Assembly: GCF_004010195.1 (NCBI RefSeq)
Contig: NC_057719.1
Location: 26,571,537-26,635,536 of the forward strand
Direction: 5' to 3'
Origin: Chiloscyllium plagiosum
Lineage: Eukaryota
Length of the DNA: 64,000 bases
The notes beneath the pieces are model-generated. The model saw only the letters and a list, made by a program, of their open reading frames with translations. It did not search any database and was not told the origin of the DNA. A program made the translations under genes and the position numbers. The stretch's first letter is position 1. Each line of letters starts with the position of its first letter. Below are positions 28,350 through 39,277 of this stretch, piece after piece.

Positions 28350-28605
28350 CAAAGTTTGTGCGAAGATTTGTAGCTCTGGTGCTCGTTGTTGTGGTTCTGT
28401 TCGCCGAGCTGGGACCCAATATACCAACCATTACAGCGGACAGCTGAAACTGACAACCGGAAGCGGCAGGGACAGGCCACTATAAACACCGGAGGAAACA
28501 TCAAAGAAGCGCTTCGCAGGAGGCTCCCAAGCACTGATGATGTCGCCTAGCCAGGGGACGAAACGTTTGCAACAAAAACTTCCAGCTCAGCGAACAGAAC
28601 CACAA
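28350..28605. mobile_element. Penelope-like-derived microelement (family B) with short inverted ends and hammerhead
   Basis: TSD cagaaatagaatt at 28337-28349 and 28606-28618; inverted ends gttgtggttctgttcgccgagctgg / ccagctcagcgaacagaaccacaac. Confidence 0.8.
28531..28570 (+). ncRNA. Minimal type I hammerhead ribozyme motif (PLE type)
   Basis: GCA-CUGAUGA-U-GUCgCCU(AGCC)AGGgGAC-GAAAC-GUU-UGC: intact core, stem II hairpin, stem I GCA/UGC, palindromic AAACGUUU stem III. Confidence 0.7.
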
Positions 28606-29255
28606 CAGAAATAGAATTGCCTTCCAGTGCCAAGAAGGCAACAGTGAGTGAAATGTTGGCAAATGATCTAGACTGGTGGAAATACAGGAAGGAGGATGTA
28701 TATAGTCAGTCACTTGAGTTAACAAAGATTCAATTATGGTTAGAGCAGCTTGCAAAGAGAATTGAAACAGCATAAGCTCAAGGAGAAGGAACATTGAAAT
28801 GAAAGAGCAAGAGCTGGAAATGAATAAACTTGAAGATCTTCAGAAAGAGGAGAATAAAAGTGAGCAATTCAAAGAAAGGAAAAGGTGCAAAAAAAAATTT
28901 AAGAGGCTCAAACTAGAGATTCCGGAGAGAGAAAAGGAAAATAGATAATGAATCACGATACAAAAAACAATTGAAAGAAAAGATTTTATATGCTGACAAA
29001 GCCTAGTCACAATTCAGAGTTGAGTAAAGATTGTTTAAATTTGTTTCAGACCGACAATGAGGGGGTTAAAAACATGGAGGCATTCTTTTTCATTTGAGGA
29101 AATAGTGGAACAATTGAAGTGGCCAGAGGAAAACAGGACATTACCCATGCCAAGCAAGTTGACTGATCAAGCATATAAAAAGTATGCATCGCCGTTGAAG
29201 GAGATTTTTTAAGGGTTATGCAACATATTTTTAAAAAGAGGTATTCTGGGTGTGT

Positions 29256-29456
29256 CATTTGGAGATGCCGGTGTTGGACTGGGGTGTACAAAGTTAAAAA
29301 TCACACAACACCAGGTTATTGTCCAACAGGTTTAATTGGAAACACACAAGTTTTCGGAGCGCGCTCCTTCATCAGGTGATGGAGTGGCGCTCCGAAAGCT
29401 AGTGTGCTTCCAATTAAACCTGTTGGATGATAACCTGGTGGTGTGTAATTTTTAAC
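29256..29456. mobile_element. Penelope-like-derived fold-back microelement (family C)
   Basis: TSD ttctgggtgtgt at 29244-29255 and 29457-29468; arms of about 80 nt; minus-strand CAC-CUGAUGA-A-GGAGC..GCUCC-GAAA at 29345-29378. Confidence 0.8.
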
Positions 29457-31282
29457 TTCTGGGTGTGTGCTAGTTCCTGAACCATGCAGAAAGAACATTA
29501 GAAATTTGAGGGAGTAGTCTAGGCAACCTAGATTAAATTTGAAAGGTTTAAAGCAAAGTATTTTTGACAGGTGGGTTATGGGTATTAGGAGTAAATATCA
29601 AGTATGAAGTTCTCCGATTAATTTTTGATGGTAAATATCAAAGGTTTAAATCAAACCTCCACTGTAAGAAAATAGGATGCCTTTATTCAGAATTCTGGAA
29701 GTAGCATGGAAAGCCCACAGGACCTTTTGGGATTCATAGGAGTGAGGTTGATCAGAAACTCGCATGGAAAATACCAGAGATAAAATTGTAGCTTAACTAC
29801 AGTGATGAAGCTGGAGGTAAACACTGCTGTGATTGCAGCAGGGGTGACTAAAATTAGAGATAAAGGTTTCTTCTTCTCTGCATTGAAATTATTCCACTAA
29901 ACTGTAGCTTTATTAAGGAGCACGAGCTAAAGATGTTTTTGCTGGAGAGGACATATTTCTCCTTTTGGAGAATTCAAAGAAAGCAAAAAGGATAAGTTAT
30001 ATCCTGGTTCTCTTGCCCAAAATGCAATTAGTGAGACTTGTTCTCCAGAACAATGGAAGGAGGGGTTGCTTAAAAAAAAATTCCCTGTGGACAAAATTGA
30101 CTGGCTGAAGTGAAGTTTATAGCTTTGCCCATAATCTCAAAATCCAAGTGAGGTTAAAGATACAGCAGTTTTACTGCAACCAGTTTCTGGTATTTTTCTG
30201 GTCAAGCAGCATCTGTGTAGAGAGAAGCAGCATTAATGTTTCAAGTTTGACTTTTCAGAACTAAACTCTGTTTAACCCTGATTCTCTCTGCAGATGCTGA
30301 CAAACCTGCTGAGTTTCTCGCACTGTTGGTTTCAGACCTCCAACATCTGCAGTGTATTGACTCTGTTCAGGAATTTGTTGTTCTCATTATCATACACAAC
30401 AGCGACTGAGTAAATTTCATTACCAGGCATCAAAGCATTACCACAAAAAGATGTTAAAATAGCTGATTCAGAGATAAATTGACTCAGTCAGCTCACACTG
30501 AAGCAGAGGCGGACTAAGATCGAGTGGTATTGTATTAGAAATGGAGATCTGATGAAAGAGTGGGAACATTTTTATATTCTTCCAGATAAGCAATGGACAG
30601 TTCACCTGATAGTGGTACTGTAAAATTTAATAATGTGATATTGAGTAGCGTTAATAGGTTTTTATGGCAAGATGTGAATTTGAAAAAGCTATGCATCAGT
30701 AAGCAGAAATTTTACCAGGTCAGGCCTCCATTTGGGTGTAATGTAATTCTATAAAACACACAATATATCAGACAGTTGGGAAACAAACTTAATTTGCAAG
30801 TTGGCTATAAAACAGTTGAAGTGCATTCATGAACATGGTGGCTTCAGAGAAATCTTCGGACTCTCAACGATCATGAAGGGTAATTGTTTTGCATACTTAC
30901 ATGGTTGAAAAAAGGGTTAGATTTCTTAATTTGCTGTAAAAGACTCCCCAGTTAAATCTACTGGGTTTAGTTCATTTAAATTGATGTATAGTCCTGAAGT
31001 AAGAGGTCCATTAAAACTGATCATGAGAACATAGTTCAAAGTGATCATGAGAGATGGCAAAAAATTTAGCGTTGTTTATAAGGCAAAAAGACAAATCCTC
31101 AAAACATTGAGAATTACATGTCCCATGTTTTCAGAGAGACAGGAGTGTGTAAAGTAGCATGGGAGTGTTTAAGAAGTTGTGGAGCTGAAAAAAGCACAGC
31201 AGGTCAGTCAGCATCAGAGGAGAAGGGGAATCAACATTTGAGGACTGGTGAAAGGTTCTGACCTGAAACATCAACTCCCCTT

Positions 31283-32425
31283 TTGGATGTAGGTTTGCTT
31301 GCTGAGCTGATAGGTTGATTTCCAGATGTTTCATTATCTTACTAGGTAACATCTTCAGTGGACTTTATGCAAAGCAATGCTGAAACTTCCTGCTTTCTAT
31401 TTACATGTTTGGGTTTCTTTGGGTTAGTGATGTCATTTCCTTTGGTGATGTTATTTCCTGTGGTGAAGTCACTTCCTGTGCCTTTTCTTCGGGGGTGGTA
31501 GATGGGGTCTAACTCTGTTTGTTGATAGAGTTCTGGTTGGAATGCCATGTTTCTAGGAATTCTCGTGCATGTCTTTGTTTGGCTTGTCCTAGGATGGATG
31601 TATTGTCCCAGTCGAAGTGGTGTNNNNNNNNNNNNNNNNNNNNNNNNNNNNNNNNNNNNNNNNNNNNNNNNNNNNNNNNNNNNNNNNNNNNNNNNNNNNN
31701 NNNNNNNNNNNNTAGTGTTTGTTACAGTCCTTGCACGGTATTTTGTAAATGACATTAGTTTTGCTCATTGCCTGTATAGGGTCTTTCAAGTTCATTAGCT
31801 GCTGTTTTAGTGTGTTGGTGGGTTTGTGGGCTACCATGATGCCAAGGGGTCTGAGTAGTCTAGCTACCTGAGTAGTCAGCTAATGAACTTGAAAGACCCT
31901 ATACAGACAATGAGCAAAACTAACATCATTTACAAAATACTGAGCAAGGACTGTAACAAACAATACATTGGACAAACAGGCAGAAAACTAGCCACCAGGA
32001 TACGAACACCAACTAGCCAATGACCCTCTCTCACTAGTATCCTCACATACGGATGAGGAAGGACACCACTTCGACTGGGACAATACATCCATCCTAGGAC
32101 AAGCCAAATAAAGTCGTGCACAAGAATTCCTAGAAGCATGGCATTCCAACCAGAACTCTATCAACAAAGAGTTAGACCCTATCTACCACCCCCTAAGAAA
32201 AGGAACAGGAAGTGACTTCACCACAGGAAAGAACATAAAAGGAAATGACATCACCAACCCAAAGAAACCCAAACATATTAATAGAAAGCAGGAAGTTTCA
32301 GCATTGCTTTGAAAGTCCACTGAAGATGTTACCTAGTAAGATAATGAAACGTCTGGAAATCAACCTAATCAGCTCAGCGAGCAAACCTAAATCCAAAACC
32401 TCAACCTGAGCTACAAATCTTGCTA
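31283..32425. mobile_element. Penelope-like element: two GIY-YIG 3' halves in inverted orientation (family B-related)
   Basis: Plus arm LMNLKDPIQTMSKTNIIYKILSKDCNKQYIGQTGRKLATRI (GIY-YIG); minus arm NVIYKIPCKDCNKH; TSD atcaactc(c/t)cctt at 31270-31282 and 32426-32438; contains N gap 31624-31712. Confidence 0.88.
32316..32357 (+). ncRNA. Minimal type I hammerhead ribozyme motif (PLE type); mirror copy at 31321-31362 on minus strand
   Basis: UCCA-CUGAAGA-U-GUUACCU(AGUA)AGAUAAU-GAAAC-GUC-UGGA: intact core, GUC triplet, 4-bp stem I, ACGU palindrome. Confidence 0.7.
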
Positions 32426-34582
32426 ATCAACTCTCCTTCTCTGCTGCCTGACCTGCTGTGCTTTTACCAGTTCCATTCTTTATCAGCTTTGACTCATCAG
32501 CATCTCCAGTTCTCACTATCTCCAAGGTTTAAGTTCACAGGCAAAAATGAAAAAAATGGACAAACATGCTGCAACTGGAACACTGTAAAAAGGAAACCAA
32601 GTATTAGTGCAATTACTATTGCAAGATGAACCTTGTGAAATAGTTAGGCAGATTTACAAAGTGACTTATCTCGTAGGTGCTCTGGATTGTAGAAAGAAGA
32701 ATCTGTCACATAAACATGTTAAACATGCTGGAGAGGAAGATGAGACAAAGCAAGTGTGTAAAGTGGTAAGAGTAGTGAAGGTTGACAAAGTCAGTGAGTG
32801 AAATAGGAGAGGCAGATAGTTCACAAAGTAAATCTCCCATAATCTGATTAACAATAGTGAAATATTGGGCAGTTATACATTAGTATTTTTGTACTTAGAC
32901 CTAGTAAGATTACTGAGGAAATTCAAGGTAATCTGTACAGGTACACCAAGATGTACAATGTAAGTGAGGCATGATATACGTTTATCAGAATCAATACCAA
33001 TAAAATGACATTCTTATTGGTAAAGCTTTGGTGGGAAAGAAGATTAAATACATTTTTGAATATCAACTGATTGAACCTAGCCAGTCACAAAAAAGCATTC
33101 ATACTATATTTCTCAATTAGATTTGGCAGTGTTTCATTCCTTTCTAAGATCGATCTGTTGAAGGTGAACTGGTAAATAACATTAACACCAAGAGCTAAAG
33201 AAATATTAGTGTTTGTTACACCGAAATGATTATTCGACGTCAAGATCATGCTATTCCAGTTTAAAAATGCGTTCCGAAGACTTGTGAATCAAGTTGTAGC
33301 TAAAGTGCTTAATTTTGTAAAATGATGTCATTAGTATAAAGTAACACTTCGAAAGCAATTAAAAGATCTGTTTAGGGAATTACAATTGGCTGGTTTAATA
33401 ATGACTCTTGCCAAGAATGAATTAATAAAATAGTAGTTAATGTTGGTGTACTGGGGATAGATTCAGACTTATTGCAGGTAATGAATCAACAAAAGAGACA
33501 TTTTTAAGAAATTTAACCAAAATTGGAAGTACTACTGTATAGTGGAAATGGAGATGTTTGTTAGTTATTGGCTCCAAAGCATTTTCAAGTCTGTGCCTGA
33601 CCTAGTTGCTGAACAACATTAATGTATACTGACTGTAATCCACCAGCTTTATGGAGAAATTTAAGACTCTGCAAAATTGTTCTGGTGAACCTCTATTGAT
33701 TCAACGATTCACAGTAAAAATTGTTCATTTTGCTGAAAAAGTTGATGTAAAAGTAGGCATGCTCAAAATGATCAATTGAAATAGTTAAGGGTTTGAGAGG
33801 AAAATGACAAATTGATGAAATTCTGCATAATGGAATGTATGAGGGCGATTTTATTTTGTATTGTGTGTTATGTTTACAAGTGATACATTTAAAACAGTGT
33901 GTAGTCTGCCTTAAGGGTGGTGATGTTTAAGGAACCATATAGTTTCCTTTTTGGACTGTAAACTAAACAGGAAGTTGGATTAGCATATATAGCTGAGATA
34001 GATGGAGAGTTTTGTAGCTTGGAAAAAGTCAAATAGAAATCATTTTAGTGTGCAAGAGATTGTTGCTATTTGAAGCAGTGAGATTTTTATTTTAGAAGGA
34101 ATGGCACAAAGTGATTTTAAGTCATCTAAGTACTCACACATTTGTGATGAAGTGTAATGGTGCAGGAAGTTGGTCACACACACACACAGAAGGCTTACCT
34201 GGTTGATTCCACATTAATCCAAGCTGTAGCAACAGTCTGTTTCAGTTCGTTTCCCCTCCTCCATTACTCATAAGGCATCAGAACTGAATTTTTTTTAGCT
34301 CTTATGTACAGATTACTAACTTTGAATCATAACTATTAATTCCACTTTCTCAATGTGCTGCATTTTTTGCTAAACCACTGAGCTTTTCTTTTGTGTATGC
34401 CTTCACTACTTAATTTACCCAACATTTATTCTTTTAGCGAGTGGGGAGAAATTTGTGAAATCAACAAGAAATGATGGCTGAAAACAGACCCTTTCAAAAT
34501 TGATTTTTTTTTTCTGGTATTTTTGCATTTAGAAGTGAATGTTTTTTTTTTACCCTTTTGTAATTTAACTTATCTATTTCAG

Positions 34583-34675
34583 CTTGTATATGAGTTCTTC
34601 ATTCGGTTTTTGGAGAGTCAAGAATTCCAACCCAGTATTGCCAAAAAATATGTAGATCAGAAATTTGTATTGCAG
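34583..34675 (+). CDS. PPP2R5E: B56 epsilon-type coding exon (93 nt)
   Basis: tttcag|CTTGTA...TTGCAG|gtgcgt; [31 protein letters not shown]. Confidence 0.95.
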
Positions 34676-35858
34676 GTGCGTGTGAACTTTTTTTGATAAG
34701 ATAAGTAATTGTATATTACCTGTACTTTCTAGCAATCAATCATTCATAAAGTTAAGGTATGGAACAATAGAACAGTAGCGGTTTGTTTTGGCAATGTGTA
34801 TATATTTAAGTTTGAGTAGAAATGATATTTTGAATATCCTTTTGCAACACTCTTCCGTCAAACAATATCCAATGGTTTGCTATTAATATCCCTTTTAAAG
34901 CTTTGTGAAATTGTGGTTCATTGGTTTTGCACTAAATGTATCTAATCTGTTCCAATTTGATATTTTGGATTCAAAATTTATTGCAACTTGCATGTCCCCA
35001 CAAAAAGTCTTGTGTTTACATTTCCATCTAATTGTCATTTGATAAATTTGCAGAGAAATCACAGAAGAAACTTCGGATTTGTGTGGATCTTTTAATTTGT
35101 AATGGGGTGAATAAGATTAGTTACAAATTTACTGATGATAGAGTAATTGTGTAGCGGAGACTAATGTTCATTGACTTATGTGCCATTGCATATGAAAACT
35201 GTTCAGTGTAGAAGATTCACTAGACAATTTATGCAGGCCTTAATTTCTAAGTGAGGACATTTATGCAGCTATACTGACTATGGAATAAGTTTTATTCTTT
35301 ACTTTGTCCCTTTTTTATATGTTTTGCTTTAATCCCACATTCTAGGGGCAGGTGTCAAGTGGATTATTCCATCAAAAATAGATTTCCATGCCTTTAAATG
35401 CTGCCACGTTTTGGGTTTCGAGATTTCCTGCTGTTACTGATCACACTCCAGTTGTGTCAACCCACTGCCCAGAATCTCATTATATTGAACTAAGTAATTA
35501 ATGTAAAAGTTATGAAGTATTTGAACAGCAGTGTTTGATTATAGAGAATGCCATTTGTGTGTGTGTAAAAGGTGTTAAAGAGATGACTACTGAATTGAAA
35601 ATTAACTAGAATATTGTGATCTTTCAGTCACTGCAATATTCTATTAGTAATGTATTGGGATTAGTTCCTATTGTGACCTGTATGTTTGATTAGGTCAAAA
35701 TTGTTAGAATTCTATTCTTGCTCAGAAATCTCATTTCTTGGGAGCTAAGCAAGATTGCATTATATTACAGTTGAACTAATGTTGAAATGAAGGTTTGGTG
35801 ACTACAAATAAACTAAGTAAAACTTGTAAACTGGGCAAGTGGTTTACGGGAAAGGTGA

Positions 35859-36014
<156 letters not shown>

Positions 36015-36636
36015 TAAGTGTTATTGTGTTAAAAGTTGAAGCGGTATGTTCAACTGTTATTTTGTTGGGGGTAGATGAAAAGAAGTTAAGTGAATATGAG
36101 GATGCCAAGTAATACTCCACTAATTTTAAGATCTATGTCAATCTTTTACCTCAACAAAGTTGTCTGCCTTGTGCATTGCTCATAGTGGATAGGGTAGCAA
36201 ATGCACTCCATGTGCTTGCCATAATGGAATTGCAATATGCTTACTGAAGCTTCCAATAACCTATCAGCCTATTAACACTGAGAATGGGGACTGATTAGCA
36301 TCATTCCTTGTTTTAACTGACTCACCGCTCTCATGAAGGTTAATTGGACAAGGAACTGGCATCTTCCTGGGTTTGCATCAAAGCTCTTTCCAATCTGGGG
36401 CTAAAATTTAGTCAACCTGAATTCTAAAAGTGGTTAAGGCCATATTTGGAACAGGTACCATACTCCGCAATGGCAGAGCAGGCTCATAGCTGAATGCCCT
36501 GTTCCTGGTCCTTTTCCTTATGTTGTCTCCAACCTTTCTTGAATAGTCAAGTTACATTTCCTAATTTTGAATCTGGTGACCTTTTGACAAATCATTACCA
36601 GTGTATCCATTATTTCCACACTTGGCTCTTCTTCAA

Positions 36637-39277
36637 ACATAGAGCCTGTACGGTGCTGTACTTTTCTATGGCCCACGATGTTGTGCTGAGGATTAATCCT
36701 AATCTAAAATAAAATAACCTAACCTCCGCACTTCCCAATTCACTGCTGTGCATGTCCAGCAATCACTTAAATGTCCCTCATGACTCTGCTGCTTCCACCA
36801 CCACCGCTGGTAATGCATTCCATGCGCTTACAACACTCTGCGTAAAGAACCTACCTCTGATGTCTCCTCTATACCTTCCTCCCAACACCTTAAAACTGAT
36901 CTCTCATGGCAGTCAATCCTGCCCTGGGAAAATTCTCTGACTATCGACTGTATTCATGCTTCTCATTACCTTGTACATCTCGATCAGGTCACCTCTCTTC
37001 CTCCTCCTCTTCAGAGAGAGAAATCTGAGCTTAGTCAACATCTCCTCAAGACAAGCCTTCCAGTCCAGACAGCATCCTGGTAAAACTCCAATGTACCCTC
37101 TCCAAAGCCTCCACATCTTTCCTATAGTAGGGCGACCAGAACTGGACACAATATTCCAAGTGGAGTCTCACCAGGGTCTTGTAGAGCTGCAGCAAAACCT
37201 CGTGGCTCTTAAACTTGATCCTCCTGTTAATGAAAGCCAAAACACCATATGCTTTCTTAAAAACGCTATCCATTTGAGTGGCAACTTTGAGGGATCTATA
37301 TACTTGAACACCAAGGTCCCTCTGTTCCTCCACACTGCCAGGAATCCTGTCTCTAATCCTATATTCAGCATTCAAGTTCAACCTTCCAAAATGCATCACT
37401 CCACATTTATCCAGGTTGAACTCCATCTGCCATTTCTCAGCCCATCTCTGCATCCTGTCTGTCGTGCTGCAGCCTGCAATAGCCCTCAACACTATCGATG
37501 GCACCTCCAATCTTTGTGTCACTGGCAAATTTACTAACCCAATCCTCAACCTCCTCATCCAAGTCATTTATAAGAACTGTAAAGAGCAGAGGCCCAAGAA
37601 TAGAGCTCTGCAGGACACTATTCACCATTGACCTCCAGGCAGAATACTTTCCATCTACTAAAACCACTCTCTCTGCCTTCTGTCAGCCAACCAATTCTGA
37701 ATCCAGACAGCCAAATCTCCCTGTAACCCATACCTTCTGACTTTATGAATGAGCCTACTATGGGGAACCTTATCAAATGCCTCGCTGAAGTCAATGTACA
37801 CCACATCCACTGCTTGAGCTTCGTCAACCTGTCTCCTCACCACCTCAAAGAACTTCATAAGATTTATGAGGCAAGACCTGCCCCTCAAAGCCATGCTGAC
37901 TGCCTTTAATCACGCTATGCTTTTCCAAATTGTAATAAATCCTATCCCTCAGAATTCTTTCCAAAACCTTGCTGACCACAGACATAAGACTCACTGGTCT
38001 GTAATTGCCAGGGATTTTCCCATTTCCCCTTCTTGAAAAGAGGAACAACGTTTACCTCCCTCCAATCCTCCAAGACGACTCTCGTGGAGAGTGAGGAAGC
38101 AAAGATCTTCGCCAGCGGCTTAGCAACCTCCTTTCTTGCTTCCTGGAGAAACCTAGGATAAATCTGGTCTGGCCCTGGGGCCTTATCAATCTTAATGTTT
38201 GCCAAAATTTCCTGCACCTCAACTTCCTCAATCTCTATCTGTTCAAGCCTGTTTCCCTGCTCCTCAAAGTTCTCATTCACAACAAGGTTCCTTTCTTTAG
38301 TGAAAACCAAAGCAAAAAGCTCATTTAGGGCTTCCCCTATCTGCTCAGATTCCGTGCACAACTTCCCTACAATATCCCTGATCGGACCGACCTACTCCCT
38401 GATCATTCTCTTATTTCTCACGTATGCATACAACGCTTTTGAGTTCTCCCTAATCCTTCCTGCCAAGCCTTTTTCATGCCCCCTCCTGGCTCTCCTCAGT
38501 CCATTTCTGAGCACCTTTATTGTAAGCCTGTAATCGTCTAAATCTGTGCTTTCTCCCTCCACCTTACGTAAGCTGCCTTGTACCTTTTGACTCCTCTGTT
38601 CTCATCATCCAAGGCTCCTTAATCTTACCCCTTCTGACCTGTCTAGAGGAACAAATTTGTGCATCACTTGCAGCAACTGCTCCTTAAAGAGTCTCCACAT
38701 CTCTATGCCCTTTCTGTGGAACAATTGCTCCCAATCTGTACTTCCCAACTTCAGTCTGATAGCGTCATAGTTTCCTTTGCCCCAGTTAAATATTTTCCCT
38801 TGGTAACTGCTCCTTTCCATCTCCATGGCTATGGTAAATGTGAGGCAGTTGTGGTCACGGTCACCAAAGTGTTCTCCCACTGTGAGATCTGACAGCTGTC
38901 CTGGCTCATTGCCAAGCACCAAATCCAAAATGGCCTCTCCTTTTGTCAGCCTGTCTAAATACTGAGTAAGGAAACCTTCCTGAACGCACCTGACAAAAAC
39001 TGCTCCATCCAAACCATCTGTACTAAGGAGATTCCAGTTGATATTGGGAAAGTTGAAGTCACCCTTAAGAACAACCCTGCTACGTCTGCACTTTTCCAAA
39101 ATCTGCTGGCCTATGAGTTCTTTGATCTCCCTAGAGCTATTAGGGGGGTCTGTAGAAGACCTGAAAATGTGTTGCTGGAAAAGCGCAGCAGGTCAGGCAG
39201 CATCCAAGGAACAGGAGAATCAACGTTTCGGGCATAAGCCCTTCTTCTGGTCTGTAGAAGACCCCCGATGAGGTGAC
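36637..39277 (-). mobile_element. CR1 LINE ORF2 (EN C-terminal part, RT, 3' tail)
   Basis: ORFs with GDFNFPNINW, ILDLVLGNEPG, EHFGDRDH, KAPGPDQIYPR, YIDFSEAFDKVPH, KFASDTKIGG; frameshifted. Confidence 0.93.
39162..39248 (-). mobile_element. Family A Penelope-like single-arm insertion
   Basis: tgaaaatgtgttgctggaaaag...gggcataagcccttcttc; TSD ggtctgtagaagacc at 39147-39161 and 39249-39263. Confidence 0.82.

Larger units (their letters stand above)
31170..32522. mobile_element. Older family-A-like hairpin element split by the 31283-32425 Penelope insertion
   Basis: aaagcacagcaggtcagtcagcatcag...acctgaaacatcaactcc on the left resumes as ctgctgcctgacctgctgtgctttt...catctccagttctcact on the right. 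Confidence 0.65.
27280..34300 (+). mobile_element. Decayed Gmr1-like Gypsy LTR retrotransposon (LTR-gag-IN-RT-LTR)
   Basis: Similar LTR segments near 27300-27440 and 33945-34090; gag-like EQLKWPEE (about 29110); IN-like STGFSSFKLMYSPEVRGPLKLI (about 30957-31022) and CHINMLK (about 32704); RT-like LTPRAKEILVFVTP (about 33182); boundaries approximate. Confidence 0.72.
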
